A stretch of 13,187 bases of DNA from assembly GCA_046290225.1 (NCBI GenBank), contig JBKAGE010000021.1, forward strand, positions 1 to 13,187, in the 5' to 3' direction. Each line of letters begins with the position of its first letter. Position 1 is the stretch's first letter. The notes beneath the pieces are model-generated. The model searched no databases. It was not told the DNA's origin and saw only the letters and a list, made by a program, of their open reading frames with translations. The position numbers were made by a program, and so were the translations under genes. The stretch is from Bradymonadia bacterium. GTDB lineage: Bacteria > Myxococcota_A > Bradymonadia > UBA7976 > UBA1532. Positions 1 through 8,427 of this stretch are shown in pieces.

Positions 1-95
1 GCCCCACCCGATCCCATCCCGAACTCGGTCGTTAAGCTCCTTTGCGCCGATGGTACTGCATGGTTCTCCGTGTGGGAGAGTAGGTCGCCGCCAGG
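1..95 (+). rRNA. rrf: 5S ribosomal RNA (5' end truncated by the window)
   Basis: Hallmark bacterial 5S motifs CCACCCGATCCCATCCCGAACTCGG, GTTAAG, GCCGATGGTACTG and GGGAGAGTAGGTCGCCGCCAGG. Confidence 0.97.
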
Positions 96-105
96 TTTTT
101 ATCTC

Positions 106-141
106 AAAACCCCAGCAGGCATATGCTTGCTGGGGTTTTTT
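106..141. terminator. Bidirectional intrinsic terminator between the rRNA operon and the convergent cytochrome c gene
   Basis: AAAACCCCAGCAGGC-ATAT-GCTTGCTGGGGTTTTTT: GC-rich stem with one G-U pair, a T-tract on + and an A-tract on the other side. Confidence 0.9.
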
Positions 142-179
142 CTTTCCGTGCATCAGATCTTGACCCGAATGCCTTGAGC

Positions 180-686
180 TCAGAGCGTCTCGATGTAGTG
201 CACGAGGGCCCAGATCTGTTCTTTTGAAAGCTGTGATTTCCAGGCTGGCATGGGTGATGGCTGATCATCTGTGCGATCTGCCCCACCCTCGGCGATCTTG
301 GTGTAGATACCAGCCCTCATTTTGTCCCCACCAAACAAGAAGCCCATCGAAGGTCCGAAACCAGACCAGTCCCTTGGACTGGGCTCAAATCGAGTTGTTG
401 CTGTGCTGGGATCCCCGAACTGTCCATGGCAGTTCGCACACACACGGGCCCAAATCGTCGCGCCTTCCAACTGTGTGTCTGGATCGAGTGTTGGAGGGCT
501 GGTTTCCGAAATCGCGGCATCTCTCGCTTTGGCCTGGGCAACCGATACTCCAAGCTGTTCAGCTCTGTGAGAGAACCAGGACTCACCCATGTGGGGTTGT
601 GCGTCGTCTGCAGGTTTGATCGGGGCACCACCACATCCGAACATCACCAGAGCGGTGCAGACAGCCGAGAGGCTAGCGGTTCGCAT
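180..686 (-). CDS. Monoheme c-type cytochrome, probable lipoprotein (~168 aa)
   Basis: CANCH heme-binding motif and distal Met in PSPMPAW followed by LSKEQIWALVHYI. Signal/lipobox MRTASLSAVCTALVMFG-C. Start reassigned to the ATG at 686, which has an upstream AGGAG and overlaps the SDR stop by 14 nt. Confidence 0.88.
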   Translation of the reverse strand: MRTASLSAVCTALVMFGCGGAPIKPADDAQPHMGESWFSHRAEQLGVSVAQAKARDAAISETSPPTLDPDTQLEGATIWARVCANCHGQFGDPSTATTRFEPSPRDWSGFGPSMGFLFGGDKMRAGIYTKIAEGGADRTDDQPSPMPAWKSQLSKEQIWALVHYIETL

Positions 687-1644
687 CGAGGGGGATCTCC
701 TGTTGACGCCAGCTGCGGAGCTGCGGTCTGAGCAGGTGTGCAGATTTGTCTCCCCCACGGGTGTGGGGCAAGAGGTGAGTGCTGACCTCTCGGCGATCAA
801 ACCAGAAGCGCCCCGTTTTGCCTTTCAGGTGTGCCGCTGCTGTGAGCCAGATGATCGTATCTGCACCTTGCTCTGCACTGCGCAGACGGCTGCTCATCAT
901 CTTCGAGAAGCCGGGAAGAGAGGACTGGACGCCAGGTGTCGCGGCCCAGCCTGGGTGCATGCAGTTCACTGCAATGCCAGATGTTGCCAATTCGCTCGAG
1001 AGTTGCTCAGTGAGTAGAACCTGAGCGCGCTTGGTGCGGGCGTAGGCTTTGACGCCGTTGTAGCTGCCCGACAGGTTGGCCAGGCTCTTCATGGAGAACC
1101 GTTGTGTGTACATGCCACCTGACGAGACGAAGAGCACTCTGGCTTCACCATACTGTGCGACTGCTTTACGCAGGTTGGGCAAGAGTAGAGAAGTGAGGTA
1201 ATCGGGGCCTACGAGATGGGTGGCTACGGTGAGTTCGACGCCGTCGCTGTTCAGCATGCGGGTGTCAGGCAACAGGCCTGCATTGTGTACCAGAGCATAG
1301 ACAGGCAGGGCGCCGAGGCCATCTACACACTCGGTGATCGTGTCCATTTCAGACATGTCGACGATGTGTAGCTCGAAGTGGGCTTCTGGGACTTCATCTC
1401 GAAGTTGCAGGCATGCTCGCTCCCCACGCTCGGGGTTTCGACAAAGCAGATGAATGATGCCACCGAGCTCTCCCAACTGTCGCGCCGTGGCAAAACCCAG
1501 GCCCGAGTTGGCACCTGTCACCAGGATATGGCGCCCGGACAAGTCAACTTCGAGATCAGTCGGATCGAACATTTGAGCATGGCGACGGAACCCATGGGCA
1601 TCGAAGGACGCTACGATGGATGCATCAAGAAACTGATCGAGCAC
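673..1644 (-). CDS. Short-chain dehydrogenase/reductase, DHRS12/retinol-dehydrogenase-like (~323 aa)
   Basis: TGANSGLG cofactor motif, HNAG, VSSGGMY, catalytic YARTK, MHPGWAATPGV. Start reassigned to the GTG at 1644, preceded by an AGGAG that overlaps the upstream gene's stop. The ORF track extends to 1812. Confidence 0.92.
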   Translation of the reverse strand: MLDQFLDASIVASFDAHGFRRHAQMFDPTDLEVDLSGRHILVTGANSGLGFATARQLGELGGIIHLLCRNPERGERACLQLRDEVPEAHFELHIVDMSEMDTITECVDGLGALPVYALVHNAGLLPDTRMLNSDGVELTVATHLVGPDYLTSLLLPNLRKAVAQYGEARVLFVSSGGMYTQRFSMKSLANLSGSYNGVKAYARTKRAQVLLTEQLSSELATSGIAVNCMHPGWAATPGVQSSLPGFSKMMSSRLRSAEQGADTIIWLTAAAHLKGKTGRFWFDRREVSTHLLPHTRGGDKSAHLLRPQLRSWRQQEIPLDANR

Positions 1645-1658
1645 CGTCTGAAAGCTCC

Positions 1659-4097
1659 TCAGAGTGGGAAGAGTGAAGGCTGACTGGGTTTTGGGGCTGG
1701 ATATGGCTCCGCCATCTGTGATGGTGCCGTGTGAAGGAGCCGTCCTGCAAGGGCCCGACCGGAGCACCATGCGTGCTCCAGACCTGCAAAGGGATCTGTG
1801 GTTCCATGACACCAGTCACCACAAGCACCCAACTGCTGTTGCTCATCGTAGAGGTACTTGAGACCCGTCGAGTTGAGCTGAGCCGAAAACGCAAACCGCC
1901 AACGATGAGCGTTTGAGAACAGAATACGCTTCGGATCGAGTTGAGCGAGTGTGCAGAAGTCATCGAGCAGATTCTCGGCGATCCACATCTTGTCTGCCTC
2001 AAGGTGAGCTCTCGACCAGTCTCCATGTGCTTGCACAACCCACCCAGAAGATGAGACGCGCCCTGGTCGTGCTTGCTCCATACATGCCCAGGCAATGCTC
2101 GGGTGATTCTCGAGGAGGTACCAGGATGTCTCGGGCACATCTGCACACTCGAGGCTAAACATCAGAGTCCAGCAAGGCTCCATTTCGATCTGGGCTGCAG
2201 CTGCTGACAAATGTGGTGAGGTACTGAGGAGCGGAGCGGCCTGTGGCGCAGGGGTGGCCACCAATACCCAATCAAATGTCTCCTTCGAGATGGGCAAGCC
2301 ATCCATATCCAAAAGGCGCCAGCTGTGACCTGTACGGTCGATGGAGGCCACACGTGTGCCGAAGTCGACGTCGAGCCCTTGAGCCATGTGCTTGATGATG
2401 GCGTTCATACCGGGTACCCCCACCCACGCAGTATGGCCCAGGTGAGCTGATAGCTCGGGCCACTCTCTGACATGACCCTGCTGCGCCCATGCACGGATGT
2501 GACGCTGGAGTTGGGGATCCCGTGCTGTCAGAGCGCGCGCGCTATGATCGAAACGCTGATCGCCATGGCGTCGAGTCGAGGATCTGCCCCCAGGGCCCCG
2601 CCCTTTGTCGAACAGCTTCACTTGCCAACCATGACGTGTGAGGGTCTGGCCACAAGAAAGCCCTGCCATGCCGGCACCGATGATGGCCACCCGTGGCGTG
2701 GGCTGCCATGGGCATTGTCGTGTCAGCGTGTTGTAGGCATCGACATCGAGGTAGGAGCGATGGCGATCCAGAGATCTGAGCCGGGTCTTTCCGATGATGG
2801 GCTGTGCCGGGGTGAAGGGCCGATCAAAGAGGCCAAAGCACCAGAGAATACTGCACAGCGACACAGGATCTCGGCCATCAAGGGCGAACCGGTCGTTGAG
2901 ATCAAGAGCGAGGCTCAGAGCGTCCTGCGGTGTGCGCGCCCATTGCTGGAGGGCCTTACACCACGTCATTCTGACATTGTTATGAAGCTCGCCGTGCTGG
3001 AGAAGGCTACGTTGGGCTGCATCCCAGAGAGCATCTCCAGAGCGGGCGAGGGCAAGACGCTCCCAGTCGAGATGTGCAGGGCGGGGATCTTCGAGGTGAG
3101 CACTCCACGTCTCTTGAGCCCAAGCAGGCAAAGCGTTCAACGTCGCCATTTCATCTGAGAGTGTGTGGAAACACCAGTGCCAGGCGAGCTCTCTCCAGAC
3201 CAGCAGCTGGCGACACCATGCCTCTCCTGAGGTGCCCGCACGTGTTGCGTGGCGCGCCAGTCGAAAGGGAGACACATGGCCATAGTGCAAGTAGGCCGAC
3301 ATCCGGCTGCTGGGCTCGAGCGGGTTGTTTCGGTGGCGCTTGTATGTCGACAGCCGTGACGCTCGGAAGTGTTCCCAGCGTGAATAGCCAGCGGCAGAGC
3401 CACCCTTTGTATGAGGGACCGGGCCGACGCCGTGATCGATCTCGCATGTGCTGATCAGAGCGTCGAGATGTGTCTCGTCGAGGTTTACAGGCGTGAAGGA
3501 GAGCTCAGTTGGGGCATGCATCGCCCGGTGGGGGGTGAGCGTGCGCCATGTGTGGCTCAGCGTGGCGTGGCGAGGTTGCTCAGTGGCGATCTCGAAGGCG
3601 AAGGCCCGAGTGTATGCCTTCGAGGTGCTGGACATGGGCACAGCGCAGCTGGCGTCCACCGTCCACAGTGGGCAACTCCTCGAAACCGCGAGCGCCCAAC
3701 GGTGATGGTGGAGCAACGGAAACTCGTCTGTGACGACGAGGCTGGCCCGTGATGCGAGATCTTTGAGGGCCTGGCCCCGGTGACCGGGCCGGCTCAGATG
3801 AAAGAGGTAGGGGATGCCCTTCTCGGCGAGGCCACGGGCCACGTCCTGGGCGCCCTCGAGGATGAAGCGGTGATGCCGATCGCTGGCGTAGGGGTAGCGC
3901 TCGTCGAGGCCATGATAGACCCAGAGATCCCGGTCGAGTTGAGCGGCAACCTCCAAAGCGAGCTCGAGCGCAGGGTTCTCATGATCTCGTACGGCCACCC
4001 TCATCCAGTAGACTACGGGTCCAGGCCGCTCAGGATCGAAGTGTGCACCCAGCCGGTGGCAGATACGCTCCTGGAGGTGAACTGGCAATGTATCCAT
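1659..4097 (-). CDS. Class II CPD deoxyribodipyrimidine photolyase fused to a C-terminal renalase-like FAD/NAD(P)-dependent oxidoreductase (812 aa)
   Basis: aa ~1-465: PVVYWMR..R...NPAL, SRMSAYLHYGHVS, LHNNVRMTWCK, LNDRFALDGRDP, FGLFDRPF (class II photolyase). aa ~469-790: RVAIIGAGMAG, DKGRGPGGRSSTRR, ATPAPQAAPLL, HRWRFA, GACGDW (renalase family). One uninterrupted frame. Confidence 0.92.
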   Translation of the reverse strand: MDTLPVHLQERICHRLGAHFDPERPGPVVYWMRVAVRDHENPALELALEVAAQLDRDLWVYHGLDERYPYASDRHHRFILEGAQDVARGLAEKGIPYLFHLSRPGHRGQALKDLASRASLVVTDEFPLLHHHRWALAVSRSCPLWTVDASCAVPMSSTSKAYTRAFAFEIATEQPRHATLSHTWRTLTPHRAMHAPTELSFTPVNLDETHLDALISTCEIDHGVGPVPHTKGGSAAGYSRWEHFRASRLSTYKRHRNNPLEPSSRMSAYLHYGHVSPFRLARHATRAGTSGEAWCRQLLVWRELAWHWCFHTLSDEMATLNALPAWAQETWSAHLEDPRPAHLDWERLALARSGDALWDAAQRSLLQHGELHNNVRMTWCKALQQWARTPQDALSLALDLNDRFALDGRDPVSLCSILWCFGLFDRPFTPAQPIIGKTRLRSLDRHRSYLDVDAYNTLTRQCPWQPTPRVAIIGAGMAGLSCGQTLTRHGWQVKLFDKGRGPGGRSSTRRHGDQRFDHSARALTARDPQLQRHIRAWAQQGHVREWPELSAHLGHTAWVGVPGMNAIIKHMAQGLDVDFGTRVASIDRTGHSWRLLDMDGLPISKETFDWVLVATPAPQAAPLLSTSPHLSAAAAQIEMEPCWTLMFSLECADVPETSWYLLENHPSIAWACMEQARPGRVSSSGWVVQAHGDWSRAHLEADKMWIAENLLDDFCTLAQLDPKRILFSNAHRWRFAFSAQLNSTGLKYLYDEQQQLGACGDWCHGTTDPFAGLEHAWCSGRALAGRLLHTAPSQMAEPYPAPKPSQPSLFPL

Positions 4098-4103
4098 GCT
4101 TGA

Positions 4104-4607
4104 TCACCAGCCCCATGAGCCTGGACCCCCCTTGAAGGGGCCCACGAGGTTCTGGGTGATCCATCCACCATAGAAGTCACCCGGTTGGGGGGTCACTGAC
4201 TCTCCATTCACCCGGCAATCACCCACACGCCCTGCATAAAAGGCGAGGTGGTGGGCGATCTGGTCGAAGCCCGTCACAGGCACTGGGTAGGCCCAAGCCA
4301 CTGTATGTCCGCGCTGCCCGCTCGAGCTCTCCACATCGAAGTAGATGGCCTGGCCTTTCCACTCACAGTGGGTCGTGGCGGGCTGCCGCTTCAGAAGGTG
4401 CATGCGTACGTCTTCGGGAGGGAAGTAGTAAACTGGAGGGTGGGTCGTCTCCAGCACGCGATGGCCTCGTGTCGTCCTGGCCAGCAGCTCACCATCGAAG
4501 AACACCTCGAGTGTTGCGTTGACCGCCTCAAGGCGAGGAGGGCGGGGGTAGTCCCAGACCCACTCCTGTCCTGGTTTCAGCGCAGGGCGACGGTTGGGGC
4601 GTTGCAC
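4104..4607 (-). CDS. DUF427 domain protein
   Basis: [46 protein letters not shown] and GPFKG motifs. GTG start with upstream AGGAG; 6 nt gap to the photolyase gene. Confidence 0.9.
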   Translation of the reverse strand: MQRPNRRPALKPGQEWVWDYPRPPRLEAVNATLEVFFDGELLARTTRGHRVLETTHPPVYYFPPEDVRMHLLKRQPATTHCEWKGQAIYFDVESSSGQRGHTVAWAYPVPVTGFDQIAHHLAFYAGRVGDCRVNGESVTPQPGDFYGGWITQNLVGPFKGGPGSWGW

Positions 4608-4669
4608 AGTGCTCTCCTGTTCACGAGGTGTTGAGAGAGATAGACGACGGCCACTTCGGTTGCCTCACC

Positions 4670-4681
4670 TGTCAAGTGACA
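4670..4681. promoter_or_regulatory. Palindrome TGTCA-AG-TGACA in the divergent intergenic region, candidate operator
   Basis: Perfect 5-bp inverted repeat with a 2-nt spacer. Its left part reads TTGACA on the minus strand, toward the photolyase operon, but no matching -10 is visible. Confidence 0.3.
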
Positions 4682-4725
4682 TAACCAGTGCGCCGAATAT
4701 CAAGTGTCTGGGCAGAGAGCAGAGA

Positions 4726-6744
4726 GTGAGGCGCCTCTTGAAGATCTCGACACGCATCGCGCTGGGATTCGCCGTTTTATCGACCCTTGTGTTGTTGAAC
4801 GGCATCGCCGGCTGGCAAGGGCTTGAGCATGCACAGGAGCAGGTGGGGGAGCTTGCTGCCATCAACGAAAAGAGTGAGCAAGCTGCTCAGATCAGAACGC
4901 ATCTCTTGAGGGTTCAGGGCGACATCAGTGAGTTTCGGCGCACTGGCTCTCCAGAGATCTTGAAGAAGATCACTGATCAGCTTGGCTCGGTGAAAAAAGA
5001 GCTCGGTGAGAGCATGGCCCGGTTCGAAGGGGAGGCGCGTCAGGCCTTCACAGAGCTGGAGGCGTTGATCCTCAAATATGGGCAAGCCTTCGAGGAGGCG
5101 GCCCAATATGACCAGACCGCACGAAAGCTCATCGTCGGGACGATGGCGCCTGCAGGTGAGCGGATCAACGAGCACCTGAGCAATATGCTGGAAGAGGCGG
5201 GCAAGGCAGATGAGCGATTTGCCATCGACACGGTGAGCCGAGGGTTCGAGCAGACGCTCACAGGTCGACTGAACGTTGCTCAGTACATCCTGAACCAGGA
5301 TGAAGATACCTTCGACGATGCTCAGAGCGGTTTCAACCTGGCGGTGCTCTCACTGGGCGCTCTGTCGAGGACGAGCCCGCAGCCCAAGGTGAAGGCCCTG
5401 GCCACCAAGGCCGTGGAAGACATCGAGGTGTATCGCGAGGCTCTGGCAGATGTGGAAGAGGCCCTGGTCGAGCGCAACACAGTGATGACGGAGCAGCTCG
5501 AGCCTGCAGGCAAGCAGATCATGACTTCAGTCGAGACTGTGACTCAGCGGCTGGCGGGTGAGCGGGAGTCGGTCATTGCGACCTCGAGTGAGGCGACGGC
5601 GGGTGCTCAGAACACAGGGCTGACTTTGCTGCTGTTGAGCTGTGTGGTGGCGTTCGCCGCAGCATGGATGTTGAGCCGGTCGGTGACTGTGCCGGTGAAG
5701 GCGTTGAACTCGGCCATGGCAGAGCTGGCAGAAGGACACCTTGAGGTAGGCGTGCCCGGGTTGAGGCGCCGAGACGCCCTCGGGCAGATGGCCAACACGG
5801 TCCTGGTCTTCAGAGATCATGCTCGAGAAGTAGAGCGGCTTCGGGCCTCTCAGGTCGAGGCTGAGGCGCGCGCCGAGGCCGAGCGTTCTGCGTCACTTCG
5901 GCAGATCGCCGAGGAGCTGGAAAGCAGCCTGATGGGTGTGGTCTCCGAAGTGGAGGGTGCTGTGAGCCAGGTGGGCGAGAATGCTCAACAGATGGACACT
6001 CAGGCCCGGGAGACCATCAGCCAGTCCGAGCAGGTGGCCCGGACGTCGGCTCAGGCTGCAAGAAACGTCGACGGTGTCTCCGAGGCTGCGCGCTCGCTCT
6101 CTGCGCAGATCGCGGACATCTCCGATTCGCTCAGCAAGGCTGCCGAGGGGGTGAGTACCGCCTCTGATCGCGCCGAGCAGGCGACGGATATCATGGATCG
6201 CCTCAACGACGCGGCTCAGGAAGTGGGCTCGGTGGTTCAGTTGATCAAGGACATCTCCGACAACACCGGGCTGTTGGCTTTGAACGCCACCATCGAGGCT
6301 GCCCGGGCGGGGGAGCTCGGGAAGGGGTTCGCGGTGGTCGCAGATGAGGTCAAGAACCTCGCCACCCAGACGGGCCGGGCCACCACCAACATCAGCGCCC
6401 TGGTGGAAATGATCCAGACCACGACACAGGAGGCTGTGCAGGCCATCGCTGCGGTGAGCCACGATGTCAGTGCGGTGCAGCAGAGCACCCACAGCATCGC
6501 TCAGGCTGTGGAGGCGCAGCATGGTGCCACGCGGACCATCTCGGCGCACATCGAGGAGATCAGCAACGGCTCCCGGGTGGTGGTGGAGCGCATGTCTCAA
6601 GTCGATCAGGCCGCACAGAGTACTCAAAGCGGCTCTCAAGAGGTGGTTCAGGCCGTGTCTCAGTTGCATGGCTCGACACAGCGACTCACGGCGCAGGTGG
6701 GCGCCTTTGCTGCTCAGATCAAAGCGCAGAGCAGCCGCACCTGA
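4726..6744 (+). CDS. Methyl-accepting chemotaxis protein (TM1, large helical periplasmic sensor, TM2, HAMP, signalling domain)
   Basis: TM1 [22 protein letters not shown]2 [43 protein letters not shown]; hairpin tip [34 protein letters not shown]. Start placed at GTG 4726 (TTG 4738 is an alternative) because 4594 overlaps the divergent gene. Confidence 0.95.
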   Translation: MRRLLKISTRIALGFAVLSTLVLLNGIAGWQGLEHAQEQVGELAAINEKSEQAAQIRTHLLRVQGDISEFRRTGSPEILKKITDQLGSVKKELGESMARFEGEARQAFTELEALILKYGQAFEEAAQYDQTARKLIVGTMAPAGERINEHLSNMLEEAGKADERFAIDTVSRGFEQTLTGRLNVAQYILNQDEDTFDDAQSGFNLAVLSLGALSRTSPQPKVKALATKAVEDIEVYREALADVEEALVERNTVMTEQLEPAGKQIMTSVETVTQRLAGERESVIATSSEATAGAQNTGLTLLLLSCVVAFAAAWMLSRSVTVPVKALNSAMAELAEGHLEVGVPGLRRRDALGQMANTVLVFRDHAREVERLRASQVEAEARAEAERSASLRQIAEELESSLMGVVSEVEGAVSQVGENAQQMDTQARETISQSEQVARTSAQAARNVDGVSEAARSLSAQIADISDSLSKAAEGVSTASDRAEQATDIMDRLNDAAQEVGSVVQLIKDISDNTGLLALNATIEAARAGELGKGFAVVADEVKNLATQTGRATTNISALVEMIQTTTQEAVQAIAAVSHDVSAVQQSTHSIAQAVEAQHGATRTISAHIEEISNGSRVVVERMSQVDQAAQSTQSGSQEVVQAVSQLHGSTQRLTAQVGAFAAQIKAQSSRT

Positions 6745-6777
6745 GGCGGGTGCCTTGCCAAAGGCCCTGGCCTCAGG
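6740..6777 (+). other. Stable intergenic stem-loop without a U-tract
   Basis: CCTGAGGC pairs with GCCTCAGG; inner GCCTT-GCCA-AAGGC. Confidence 0.6.
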
Positions 6778-6789
6778 CATCACAGGGGG

Positions 6790-7479
6790 GTGAGCACCTA
6801 CACCCCACTGATCATTCTCTTCGACATCGATGGCACCCTGGTGAGTACAGGTGGCGCTGGTCGCCGGGCCATGGCCTCTGCGCTGAAGGACTACCTCGGT
6901 CAACCAGGCGCCTTGGGCTTTCACTTCGCCGGGATGACCGATCGAGCGATCCTCCGCCGCGCCATTGAAGGCGTCGGCGCCACCTATGACGAGCGTGCCC
7001 ACGACGCAGTGGTGGAGATCTACCTCGAACACTTGAAGGTCGAGCTGCCCCAGTCGACGAACTATCGGGTGATGCCGGGGGTAGCAGACTTCATCGAGGC
7101 CTGCCTGGCGTTGCCCGATGCTGTGTCGGGCCTCGGCACAGGGAACATCGAGCCTGCGGCACGCCTCAAGCTCGCGCCTGCAGGGCTGGATCGTTACTTC
7201 GAGTTTGGTGGCTTCGGCGATGACGCCGAGATCCGCAGCGACATGCTGATCGCTGGTGCACGCCGTGGCGCTGCACAGCTGGGTCTCGAGCTGTCGAGCT
7301 GTGAGGTGATCGTCATCGGGGACACTGTCCGAGACATTCATGCTGCGCGGGCTATGGGTGCCCGATGCATTGCGGTGTGCACGGGGGGAGACGCTCGGAC
7401 TGATCTCGAAGCAGAGCAGCCGTGGCGCGTTGTGGAAGATCTCACCGAGCCCGGTCTCGTCGATCGTCTACGGAGCTGA
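6790..7479 (+). CDS. HAD-superfamily hydrolase (phosphoglycolate-phosphatase-like)
   Basis: Motif I LFDIDGTL, motif II GLGTGN, motif IV VIGDTVRDI, plus FAGMTD and GGFGDD. Confidence 0.93.
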   Translation: MSTYTPLIILFDIDGTLVSTGGAGRRAMASALKDYLGQPGALGFHFAGMTDRAILRRAIEGVGATYDERAHDAVVEIYLEHLKVELPQSTNYRVMPGVADFIEACLALPDAVSGLGTGNIEPAARLKLAPAGLDRYFEFGGFGDDAEIRSDMLIAGARRGAAQLGLELSSCEVIVIGDTVRDIHAARAMGARCIAVCTGGDARTDLEAEQPWRVVEDLTEPGLVDRLRS

Positions 7480-7483
7480 GCCA

Positions 7484-8302
7484 ATGTGCGTCATTGGCAT
7501 TGCCATGCACGTGCATCCTCAGTGGCCCGTGATCATCGCTGCCAACCGTGACGAGTTTCTACAGCGGCCGACTTCGGGTCCTCAGCAACTCGGCGTGGAT
7601 GCACAGGGTCATGCATTCTTCGGAGGCCGCGATCTGGAGAAGGGCGGCACCTGGATGGGGGTAGGCGCCGGAGGTTTCTTCGTCGGCCTGACCAATCAAC
7701 GCCTTGGAGGTGGTGCCGGCTCTCCAGCGCCTCGCTCCCGAGGGGAGGTGGTGCTCGAAGCCCTGCGCCTGGCGTCGGTGGTCGAGATCAACGCCTGGCT
7801 CTCGACCTTGCCCACGGCGGACTACCTGCCCTTCAACTTGATGTATGGTACCGCTGAGGCCATGTGGGTGGCGTACGTGCGCCCTGACGCTGCGCCCCAG
7901 GTCGAGCAGGTGCCTTCAGGCATACATGCGTTGCCCAACGACGTGCTCGACAGCCCGAGGTTTCCCCGAGCTGCGAGGGTGGTGGCGGGTATGGGCGGGG
8001 CCCTCGACGGCCTCCCATCTGATGCATCATGGCCTGATGTGTCAGCATCGCTCACCACGCTCCTCGCGGATCGCACGCCCCCCAATGAGGATGAGCGGGC
8101 AGTGCTCGCTGCTCAGGGCGGTGAGCTCGATCTGTGGGTGGCGCTGGATCACATTCTGATTCGCACCCCTGTGTACGGCACCCGTTCGAGTACTCTGGTG
8201 GCCCTCTCCCCAGGCGCTGTGGCCGGGTATGGGTTCGTGGACGGAGCCCCTGGAGATGCGCCTCTGGTGGATTACACCCACTGGCTTCGGGCAGGTGAGT
8301 AA
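7484..8302 (+). CDS. NRDE/TANGO2 (DUF833) family protein
   Basis: N-terminal MC, AANRDEF, GRDLEKGGTWMG, LTN, SRGEVV, YLPFNL, YGTRSST. Start at ATG 7484, 4 nt after the HAD stop. Confidence 0.94.
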   Translation: MCVIGIAMHVHPQWPVIIAANRDEFLQRPTSGPQQLGVDAQGHAFFGGRDLEKGGTWMGVGAGGFFVGLTNQRLGGGAGSPAPRSRGEVVLEALRLASVVEINAWLSTLPTADYLPFNLMYGTAEAMWVAYVRPDAAPQVEQVPSGIHALPNDVLDSPRFPRAARVVAGMGGALDGLPSDASWPDVSASLTTLLADRTPPNEDERAVLAAQGGELDLWVALDHILIRTPVYGTRSSTLVALSPGAVAGYGFVDGAPGDAPLVDYTHWLRAGE

Positions 8303-8324
8303 GTGGAGGATGCACACCGTCAGG

Positions 8325-8342
8325 GTGTGACACATGTGTGAC
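8325..8342. promoter_or_regulatory. Direct repeat GTGTGAC-ACAT-GTGTGAC (11-bp period), candidate OmpR/PhoB-family box
   Basis: Exact 7-bp repeat with a 4-nt spacer; the minus strand reads GTCACAC-ATGT-GTCACAC. Lies in the intergenic region upstream of the nuclease operon. Confidence 0.4.
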
Positions 8343-8368
8343 GAACCCCGAGCGCTCCATCCAGTGGG

Positions 8369-8397
8369 TTGACTTGTTCGGGGGGTTACCTTTTATT
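8369..8397 (+). promoter_or_regulatory. Possible sigma70-type promoter for the nuclease operon
   Basis: TTGACT (8369-8374), 17-nt spacer, TTTATT (8392-8397). The -10 is weak. Confidence 0.35.
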
Positions 8398-8427
8398 AGC
8401 GCCGCCCCGACGGCACTGGAGGCCCAG

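Noticed and set aside
96..179. tRNA downstream of 5S rRNA
   Set aside because: The terminator follows immediately, and no cloverleaf or TTCGA T-loop is present.
1645..1812. N-terminal extensions in the ORF track (SDR from 1812; likewise 800, 4594, 7340, 8338, 10936)
   Set aside because: Most overlap neighbouring genes, and 8338 spans the putative promoter. Downstream starts fit the RBSs, signal peptides or family N-termini better.
5893..7341. 482-aa minus-strand ORF
   Set aside because: Antisense shadow of the MCP and HAD genes, expected with high-GC codon bias; no recognisable motifs.
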